From the human T2T-CHM13v2.0 reference genome, Homo sapiens: a DNA stretch of 64,000 nucleotides. The stretch's first letter is position 1; every line of letters begins with the position of its first letter. This document shows positions 50,665-64,000 of this stretch, in pieces. The position numbers and the translations under genes are program-made. The stretch lies in the NCBI RefSeq assembly GCF_009914755.1, contig NC_060928.1. The stretch is one strand, 5' to 3'. The notes under the pieces were generated by a model. It did not search any database and was not told the origin of the DNA. It worked only from the letters and a program-made list of their open reading frames with translations.

Positions 50665-50866
50665 CAAACTATCTTTCTTCACTGACAATATGATTCTATA
50701 CCTAGACAATCCTAAAGACTCTGCCAAAAAGCTCGTAGAACCCATAAACCACTTTAGCAAAGTTACAGGATACAAAATCAAAGCACAAAACTCAGTAGCA
50801 ATCCTATACACCAGTGACATACAGGTTGACAGTAAAATAAACACCACAATTTTACTTACAATACCC

Positions 50867-51110
50867 AGGCAGATTACCTGAGGTCAGGAGTTTGAGACCA
50901 GCCTGGTCAACATAGTGAAACCCCCATCTCTACTGAAAATAAAAACATTAGCTGGGCAAGGTGGCACATGCCTGTAATCCCAGCTACTCAGGAGGCTGAG
51001 GCAGAAGAATTGCTTGAACCTGGAAGGCGGAGGTTGTAGTGAGCAGGAGATTGCACCATTACAGTCCAGCCTGGCCAACAGAGCAAGACTCTATGTCAAA
51101 AAAAAAAAAA
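50867..51110 (+). mobile_element. 5'-truncated AluS
   Basis: Starts aggcagattacctgaggtcagg; has polyA; no clear TSD. Confidence 0.92.
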
Positions 51111-52132
51111 TTCTAGGAATACATCTCACCCAGAGGTGAAAGATCTCTACAAGGAGAATGACAAAACAATGATGAAGGAAATCAGAGATAACAAAAATAA
51201 ACGGAAAAAATATTCCAAGGTCATAGATTGAAAGAATCAATACATAAAAGTGGCCATACTGTCCAAAGCAACTTACAGATTTAATACTATTCCAAGCAAA
51301 CTGCCAATGTCATTCTTCACAAAATTATAAAAATAAAAATAAACTATTGTAAAATTCACATGGAACCAAAAAACACTGCAGATAGCCAAAGTAATCCTAA
51401 GCAAAAACAACAAAGCCAGAGGAATCATGTTATCTGACTATATTGTAAACCTACAGGAACCAAAACAGCGTGGTACTGGTACAAAAACAGACTCATAGAC
51501 CAATGGAAGAGAATAGAAAAATCAGAAATAAAACCACATACCTACTACCATCTGACCTTCAACAAGGCTGGGAAAAAAAAAAAGCAGTGGATAAAGAACA
51601 CCCTATTCAAAAAATAATGCTGGCGTAACTGGCTAGCCATATGGCGAAGAATGAAGCTGGACCCCTACACCTCACCATATACAATAATTCATCCAAAAAG
51701 ATCAAAGGCTTAAATGTAAGACATCAACAAATAAAAATGCTAGAAGATAACCTAGGAAGTGCACTTCTTGACATCAGCCTTGGCAAAGAGTTTTTGGCTA
51801 AGTCTCCAAAAGCAATTGCAATAAAAACCAAAATAGGCAAGTGACACCTAATTAAACTAAAGATAATCTGCACAGCAAAGAAATTATCAACAGAGTAAAC
51901 AGACAATCTACAGAATGGGAGATATAGTCACAAACTCTAACAAAGGCCAAATATCAAGAATCTATAGGAAATTTAAACAAATCAACAACCAAAACACAAA
52001 TAACCCCATTAAAAATGGGCAAATAACATGAACAGACACTTCTCAAAAGAAAACATAAATGCAGTCAACAAACATGAAAAAATGCTCATCATCTCTAATC
52101 ATCAGAGGAATGTCAATCAAAGCTACAATGAG

Positions 52133-52449
<317 letters not shown>

Positions 52450-53721
52450 TCACACCAATAAGAATGGCTACTATTAAAAAATCAAAAAATGACAGATGCT
52501 AGCAAGGCTGCAGAGAAAAAGAAATGCTTATACTCTATTAGGGAGAATGTAAATTAGTGCAGCCACTGTGGAAAGCAGTCTGAAAATTTCTCAAAGAACT
52601 TAGAACTACCATTCAACCCAGTGATTCCAATACTGGGTATATACTCAAAAGAAAATGAATCATGTTAACAAAAAGACACATGCATTTACATGTTCATCAC
52701 AGCACTATTCACGATAGCAAATACATGGAATCAACTCAGGTGCCCATCAATGATAGATTAAAGAAAATGTGATACATATATACCATGAAATACCACACTG
52801 CCATAAAAAAAAAATATTAAAATCATGTTCTTTGCAGCAACATGAATTCAGTTGGAGGCCATAATCCTAAGTGAATTAACCCAGGAACAGGAAACCAAAC
52901 ACCACATATGTTGTCGCTTATAAGTGAAAGCTAAACATTGAGCACACATGGACATAAATATGGAAACAATAGACACAGAACTATGAGAGCAGGGAGGTAG
53001 GGAGAGGGGTGTGGTTTGAAAAACTGCTTATTGGTTACTATGCTCACTAGGTGGGTGATGGGATCCATATCCCAAACATCAGCCTCATGCAATACATGTA
53101 ACAAACCTGCACATGTATTATCTGTATCTAAAATAAAATTTGAAATTAAAAATAGAATTACATATTTTATTTTTTTCATATCCCTTGCATCTTTTCCAGT
53201 CTGCTGCTTAACTCAGTATACTATATGATACTCTGTTTTATTTAAATTTTAGATTATGACTTGTATTAATGTTATTTATGTGTTGATATAATTTTATATT
53301 ATTTATATATACATAGTTTTTATAATTTTTTTCTCCAATTACCTAATCGAAAATTCACAAAGACTATTCGATAACTAATAGAATTAGTTATCAAACTTAA
53401 TCTAATGGTTCCATCTAGAATATGGAATGCAGAAACTGCCCAGTCAATGTGAGGTAGAAGTCTGAATCTTTGTGTTGTTTTCAAATTTGATAAGAATGTT
53501 TATAGCATTTTGGCATCGAGTTTAACATTTATATTTACTATTTAGAAAATACTTGATATTACTACAATAACTTGTGTTCTATTCTTAGCTTGCAAACTTG
53601 TGTAATGAATGATTGCCGTGTTTCTCACTTGAATATATTTTCAGATGTAGACATAATCTTGCATATTGAATTCCTGATTAAGTTATAGCATTCTTTTAAA
53701 ATATCAATAAATGTAATTTGT

Positions 53722-54021
<300 letters not shown>

Positions 54022-54339
54022 AATATCAATAAATGTAATTTGAAAATGTTTTATGTAGAATGTTTACATGTATATTCAAAATTAATTTACACTATATTTT
54101 TGTTTTGCTATACTGTACTTTCCTGTTTTTTTCCAATCAACATTGTTTAAATATTTAGGAATTTCCCTCTGTCAATTATTTTTTAAAAATTCTATTCATA
54201 ACCTATTGCTTGTAAATACTAAGCAAAACAAACCAAAAGCAGAAACATAAAACTCCAATATTTTGCTCTGTAATTAAATTTTCTTTAATCACTTTTAAAA
54301 GTATAGGCTTAAAGGTGGTTTTATTGTAAAGTATAATGC

Positions 54340-54850
54340 ATGTAAGATTCTCTTTCTAGGTAATTAATCTGTCTTTTTATGCTGGAAGCTCTTAGAATTT
54401 TCTCCATCTCTCCGTAATTTTTATATTTCAAAAGACAGTTCAAAATAAAAATACTTTTGTATTAATCCTATTCACATTTGTTGGACTCTTTAAATGTGAA
54501 TGCTAAGGTTTTCCTTCAGCTGTAGTAAGTTATCTTTATTATTTCATTTGTCTCACATTTTCTCAATGTTTCATTTATCTCCATTTAGAAATAAAAATGG
54601 ATAGATGTTAACATTTTTTATTTCACTCACTAGATCTTTTAACTTTTCTTTGTCACATTATATATATTTGACATTTTAAAATGTATTCTCAGCAACTTTA
54701 TCAGTTGATGTTCCAGGTCAAACATTTCATCACATATTCTATTTATTTTGTTGCTAAATCCATCTATTATGAATTTTGTAAATTTTGCAAAGCTGTCAAT
54801 TATTATTTTATGGATACTCTCTTATCCCTCAGAAGACTCTAATTAAATAA
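54340..54850 (-). mobile_element. Ancient L1/HAL1-like fragment
   Basis: Degenerate T-rich ORF1-like antisense pattern. Confidence 0.4.
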
Positions 54851-55063
54851 AAAAAATTTATGTGTCCCATGAACTTTTAAAATTGTGTTTTAAGAAAATC
54901 TAAATCTTCAAAATTGACTTAAAATCTAATATACATTTGACCAGACAACCAAAAAAAAAAAAAAGAAAATTAAGGGTTTTTAAAATATTTGCTAATAAAA
55001 AGTCCTCAAGTATATATGATTTTATAGGTTATAGGCTATATTTAAATTAAAAATAGAATCTTA

Positions 55064-55426
<363 letters not shown>

Positions 55427-56148
55427 TTATGAGTCAAACAACACCCATTATTAAAACTTACAGAACATACAAGAAAACCTAGACTCATTCATGTTGAAAG
55501 ATGCCAAATATTTAGCAAAACAGTAGTAGATAAATACAGGTATGAACTGAAAAAATAATATACCATTGTCAAGTAAGCCAGAATTCTCTCTCTTTAACTC
55601 AATAGTGTAAGGATCTTAAAAACTAGGGTATAAATTACTATAATTTTTTTACATTAAGAAACTTCAAGAAGAAAAAACAATGTAAAACACACATTTACAA
55701 AACAGCTGATTCTTTTAGATAATATTTAAATATTTCTCAATAAATTATTGTGAAATTATTACAAAAGTTCCCCAAATTATACATTATACCTGGTACAATA
55801 GAAATGTGAAAATTGCTAAGAACATTTTGAACTATGGAGAACAATGGGGAGTATTCGATTAAATCAGAGTAGTGGGTGCATATCTAAGATGGATAGACAA
55901 TGCACTGAGTTGCACACTCATTGGTTTGTCCTGAAACATATTGAGTTAGAGTTGCCTAGACTGAAATGTGATAATGTGCTGTCTAATGAGCTTCCCTGGT
56001 GATTCCAATGAACAGAGTTCGGAACTCTAATCTTAGTTCTCAAATGCCATGATTTATTAGGATCACCTGAAGTCATAGACAATTCAGATTACAGTTTCTT
56101 CCTGCAGAAATTCTGCTTCAACAGATGTAAGTAAAGAAATTGGAGTCA

Positions 56149-56447
<299 letters not shown>

Positions 56448-59400
56448 AAAGAAATTGCAGTCAAAATTTAAGATGAAACATTCCAAGTTGAAGCAGTAAA
56501 CACTAAGAGAAGCATAGGTTTATATTACCATTTGACTAGTAGTCATTTTAATTGTTAATTTTATCTCCAGCCTAAATATGACTGCTACGTGTAGGCAGAG
56601 TTATCATAGGGAAAGATTACAAATGGGTTTAGGAGTTAATCCAATTATGTCATTTTAAGATTATTAGGAATAGGTGGTTTTATACAGATTAGCCTTATGG
56701 GGCATTGTTTGGACAGAATGTTTTGTTAACTAATTTGTTAACTAATTAGGGTGACCATTGAGAGGGAGGGGTCAAACATGGCTCTTGGTAATGACTTTTG
56801 AAGAATAAGCCAATTTGCGGGAGATGATGATATATTTTGTCAAGCTTTATCAGCCAATAAAGATAAAAAGGTCTAAAAGGTCTCAGGAAATAAAACACTG
56901 TCTTTGAAAGAATAGAAAGAACATTTGAACTACTAAAAAGGAAGAAGTCTAATAAGAAAAAAGGTTAGAATCGAATTTTTGAGACTATAAACCTTTCTAG
57001 AAATAAGAAGTAACATCACAAATTTCTAAAATGAATGAGAATGCCAAATACTTGAAAATTAAATAAATACTACCTTAATTCCTCAGAGAACAGCTAAATG
57101 TAGAAGCCCTTCAACCTAATATTTTTTTCTCACACATGCACAAAGAATATGCCTATTGTACCAGTTCCCCACTTGCAACACAAACCTCCGTAACCTTTAA
57201 CTAAACTCCTCATTGATACTAAAGTGTTTTTACTTCCCCCATTAACTACATTTGCAATCCAAATACAGTGTGGAAACACTTGAATAACCTGTGTTTAGCC
57301 TCAGAGAGGTATTAGGTTACAAATTATATGTGCCCAATATCAATCAATTTTAGCTTTTTGAAATACATAATAGGCCACCAACTTTACCTTGGACCACTTT
57401 TCATCTCATTCAGAAAAGATCTTTATTATGTAGAAAACTGTTATATGAAATATGTGTTCCACAAAAGCTCTCTGGGAGTCTCATTTTATTTATTGAATTA
57501 TATTTTAAGTAAACAATGCTAAAAAAAAATTCTCCATTGAATTAGGCTGTATGTGAAAGAGTTTTATAATCTACTCTTTTTCATGTTTTTTATGTTCTAC
57601 CTTTCATATTTGAAGTGTTCTTATATATATCACTGTTTCACAAAATCATAAAATCAGATTTCTAAATCTAATCTCCTACACAACGATAAAGTCTCATAAA
57701 TCGATCAAGTTATACCACCAAGAGACATAGTTACTTACTTTGTACATTATAAGGAACACCTCAAATAAAATAATTGACTTATTTTTCATAAATACTAATT
57801 GTTTTTGCTTAACTTTAGTAAACTTGGAAATTACCTATCACTATTTTATGTAGTTCATAATTATTTTTATGCTACATGTTTAATGAAAATTCCCTGAATA
57901 TTTCAAGGTTACATCCTTTGAAACATAGAAAGCCTATTAAGAAATTTAAACTTCCAAATAAATTCTTTTTCTACTAAATTGCTCCTTTCAGTCAACACAT
58001 TAGCAATATTGAATCACTTAAAGGCTCGGCTCTTGCTTCTTTATTTCTCATTGGGAAATCTAGTGGTAGTTTAGGTAACACAATTGCTCTTTATGTGGAT
58101 TTACCCTTGATGAGCCAAACCCTTGAATGTTGTGAGCCACCGGAATTTGATTATTCCTGTCTCAGACTCACCCATTTTTCATCATTGATAGAATAGCTTG
58201 TCCTATACGGCTAGGATAGAATTCAGCCTATCCTTGCTAGAAGGTCAATGACAACTAGTCCTGATGTTATTTGGGGCTTCTCTTCTCATTCTGTTTGTGT
58301 TGAATATCCTCTGCAAGACTGTGAAAGCACATTTTCCATATGACACTCTCACTGTGTGAGGCGAACAATCTGTCTGAGACAACTTCTATGCTAGCATATA
58401 ATTTTTTAATTGGATTTCCACCTGACAATGGATCTTGGCCCCAGTGGCCTAATTTTCATAGCATATAGACCCTACTTACCCTAAATTTTAACCACTTCTT
58501 TTTGTCATATCTATATCAGTGAAGCTGTCCACTAGATTAAATTTCTTTAATATCAGACATGTCCATCAATAAGTTCTAGCTCACTTGTTCTTAGACAATT
58601 TCGTATTGAATTACTGAGTGTGTTTCAGGAGAAAAGTGACACTTTCACAATCATTAGTAGTTCATAACCCTCCCTACCACCTAAATTTCTATTTATTTCA
58701 TGTCTTGGTTTCATTAAAGCATCATGTTTAAAAGCTGTTCATATAACTCAAAAACTTGAATAATGACTTTCCTCTTGGAACAGAATTATTCTCTTTTGGA
58801 AATACAAATTAATTTTATTTTATCATCTCATTAATAATCCCTTATTATTCATGTTTTGGTAGTTGTAGTAATTTCTGAACTAGAAAGTTCTTTTAAAAAT
58901 ACTTGCTTTTCATCAATAGTCTATCAGGATGAAGTGACATAATTTAATCCAAATCCCACCCTTCCTTTTCATTGAAAAAGTATTTTAATAATTTTAATTC
59001 TGAGAGTAAAACTGGAAAATTTAGTTCATTGATTTTCTGCTACAATCAAAATAGCAGAAACAATTCTTTAGGTGTAATGAGCGATTACATTTCTTAGTGT
59101 GTAAGTAGTTTGCTTTATACTTGTTATTAAATAATGCAAATTAGAAATGAAATATCTTCATTTCAAGCTATAGATTCTTTTCTTAGAGGGAGAAATATAA
59201 TTAAACTAGTGTCTTTTTTTCTTTTTTTTCAAACATAAACTAGCATAAAGAGGTTACTAAACTTACAAATTATGCTTACAAAGAGTTTAGTAAAACTTCA
59301 GTATGTTCATCTATATCTTACTTGTATTGTTAGTTCATCTTTGATTTTCATTGAATTTTATATAAAAATGTTCTATGATGGTACTATTCGTATAAATTGA

Positions 59401-59532
59401 TTGATATATAAAAATGTACAAACACCTCTTTGACAAGTTTCCTTGTCTATTGTTTCTTATACTTTTGTTCCTCTAATCTTACATTTTGCTGTTCTCAGTT
59501 CATTTTTAAGTTACGCAAGGAGTTTCCCATGT

Positions 59533-59958
59533 CTATTAAGCAGTTCTCACATTGCTATAAAGAAATAGCTGAGACTGAGTAATTTATATAGAAAGGTTTA
59601 ATTGGCTCACAGTTTTGCAGGCTGTATAGCAAGCATGATGCTGGCATGTGCTCGGCTTCTGGGAAAGCTTCAGGAAACTTACAATCATGGCGGAATGCGA
59701 AGGGGCAGCAGGAGCATCCATCACATGGCCAAAGCAGAAGCAAGAAAAAGACGGGGAAGGTCTCAAACACTTTTAAATGGTCAGATCTTATGAGAACTCA
59801 CTCACTATTGCAAGGACACTGCCAAGGGGATGGTACGAAATCATTCATGAGAAATCTGCCCCCATGACCCAATTACCTCCCACCAGTCCCCATCTTCAAC
59901 ATTAGGGATTACAATTTAACATGAGATTTGAGTGTAGAAACAGATGCAAACATTATTA
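59533..59958 (-). mobile_element. MSTA/B (MaLR) solo LTR
   Basis: ttctcacattgctataaagaaata..aaggtttaattggctcacag..acatgagatttg. Confidence 0.9.
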
Positions 59959-60559
59959 ATATATTAAATACAAGACCGGTGTTTTCTTCAGTAAAATATT
60001 GATATTTTTTGAAAAAAACTTGGATTTATAAATGTTCTTTATTCATTGCATAAACATCACAATATTCCTGAATTATATGAGTTAATACAATTTTTTAAAG
60101 TTCAACTAATTTTCAAGAAACATTGTCATGCCTACTAAAAGATTCGTTTCTTAAAAGTGAAATTAATGACCATGAACTTTAGATAAATGGAAAACCAAAA
60201 ATTTACTATTTGATTGTCACCTCTTATCCATTTCTGATCTCTATGTAGTTTTTAGGATTTGCTCATTTAATCTGGAAGTTTTCGATAATCAATATAGGAA
60301 AAAAGTAGAAATTCATTTTTTTAGCATACTTTTCAAAATAAAGATAAAATAAGGTAACCAATCAGTTATACAAAGATGCAAATAACTTCATCTGTAAGGT
60401 TATTCAATATCCGTTTGCCTTTGCATATTTAATGAATGTCAGACTCAGATAATTGAAATAATTATGGTTCTCAGGTTGGCACTTTTTTTCATATGTCTAT
60501 TTGCAGGCCCTATCTTAATTTATCAAAATATTCCAATCCTTCCCAATTGTTATAACCTC

Positions 60560-61250
<691 letters not shown>

Positions 61251-61500
61251 CTTTCACCTTATGCCAATCATGTATTTTACCAAGACTTCTGGTTCACCTT
61301 TTTATCTACAGATATATCAGTGTGACACCATCAATATAAAAGACAAATATGATGCTCTCTTACTTCCAAAATCATTCTACAATGCCTCATTCTGTGGGGA
61401 ACTATATATATAATTTAACTTTTAACTTCTTACTCTTTCCATAATTTTATCCTAAATAATGCCTGGCCTTCATTGAATCACACAGTTTTACCCAAAGCTT

Positions 61501-62586
<1,086 letters not shown>

Positions 62587-63016
62587 TCACTTGCATAACC
62601 CACAAAACTTCCCATTATACTTATGTATCATCCTCATCAGAGTCTGTCATAAGGTCATATATGAGATGGGATCTTCCTTATTTCACATTGTGTCTTCCAG
62701 ACCATTTTTTTCTTCAATAATAAGAAAAGCCCAGATCCTTTATGGTGCATGCATTTATTGAAGTCATACCTATGCAACAAATCATAAGTACTAAGCATTA
62801 TGATCAGAATTGTATACACATTATAGTTCATGAAACACATATATACCACATCCCATTTTCTCTCTTTATTTACATTTACTAAACTTTGCTTATTCAACAT
62901 CATTCCTTGAAGTATTAATGTCTTCTATGAGCCTATTCATTATTCAGAGTGAGCTTTAAAACCAGACAAAAATATATACACACCTAAATTATGTGTTTTC
63001 TGGGCTAGTTCCTATC

Positions 63017-64000
63017 TGCTATAGACTGAATGTTTATGTCCCCACAACATTCACTTGTTGAAACCTAATCCTCAATGTGATGGTATTTGGATGTGGGGCC
63101 TTTGTGAAGTGATTGGGTAATGAGGGTGGAGATCATATCAGTGAGATTATTGCATTTATAAAAGAGACCCCAAATAGCTGCCTAGCTCCTTATATCGTGT
63201 GATGACACAAGAAGAAGATGACAGTCTATCAACCAGGAAGTGGGACCTCACCTGACACAAAATCTGCTGGTGCCTTGACCTTCCTAGACTCCAGAATGGT
63301 AAGAAATAATTTACTATTGTCTATAAGCCACCTAGTTTATGGCATGTGGTTATAGTCGCTCAGATAAACCAAGATCAGGCGCCAGGTGACGGGCACAGCC
63401 TGGAAGAGTTTTGACTTACATGCTGAAAGTGTCTACATGGCCATGAATGAAACTTTAAGATACTTCTCAAGAGAACTCAAAAAGAAAAGGAGAAATTACA
63501 GAGAATGCCTCAATATTTTAAGAGAATACCTAAGTAATCTTGAACAGATGTTCATATAAATATGGATAGTAAAGGGCATTCTGATGAGAACTCAGAATGC
63601 AAAGGAATGTTTTTGGAAACTGAAGAAAGATCATCTTTATTATAAGGTAGCAAATAACTTGGCAGAATTGGTTTTGTTTCATATTTTTTGTGGAAAGTAG
63701 AACTTGTGAGTGATGAAATTGGATATCTGGCTGAGGAAAGTTCTCACCCAAGTGTTGAAAGAGCAGCATGATTCTTCCTGATTGCTTATAATAAAATGCA
63801 AGAAGACAGAAATGACATAAGGACAATGATTTTAATCAAAATGGAAGCAGAATGTAAAGACTGGGAAAACTGAAAACTCTCAGTATATTCATATTATAAT
63901 GAATGAGAAAGCCTCTCTGGGAAAGAACACTAAGGGTGTGGGCAAGTGACTGTTTAATAAGGAGATTAGTGTGGATCAACCATCTAAACAGAAGCCAGGA
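63017..64000 (+). mobile_element. MLT1A/B MaLR LTR (63017-63375) plus internal sequence running off the window
   Basis: TGCTATAGACTGAATGTTTATGTCCCC..tataagccacctagtttatgg, then internal ggaagagttttgac..gcagaattg. Confidence 0.85.

Noticed and set aside
55900-56130. Possible MER5-type DNA transposon fragments
   Set aside because: Only short degenerate motifs; terminal inverted repeats could not be confirmed
58040-58700. Possible ancient retroviral internal remnant or exon
   Set aside because: Composition differs from the flanks, but there is no ORF, motif or convincing splice pair

Overview
This is primate (probably human) nuclear DNA: AT-rich, CpG-poor, intergenic or intronic, and dominated by interspersed repeats. 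I found no supportable host gene, RNA gene or CRISPR array. The recognisable protein ORFs are LINE-1 ORF1/ORF2 remnants; most of the rest overlap Alu, LTR or low-complexity sequence, or are short with no recognisable domain. Main content: (1) the 5' half of an older L1PA (1-3936, minus); (2) a MER50-like LTR next to a 400-bp polypurine tract; (3) a deep nest at about 14.4-30.8 kb, where an L2 is split by a near full-length L1MA and by MER21, MLT2 and MST LTRs, and the L1MA itself carries an L1PA15/16, a 5'-inverted L1PB, an Alu and an ectopic copy of ORF1 sequence; (4) a second L1 nest at 45-53 kb with a probable L1 insertion-mediated deletion; (5) many Alus with target-site duplications (TSDs) and several MaLR/ERVL LTRs. 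I see no convincing undescribed biological system. The best findings are retrotransposition and rearrangement scars and a few candidate regulatory or non-B DNA sites. Subfamily names come from recalled consensus sequences, not from a RepeatMasker run.
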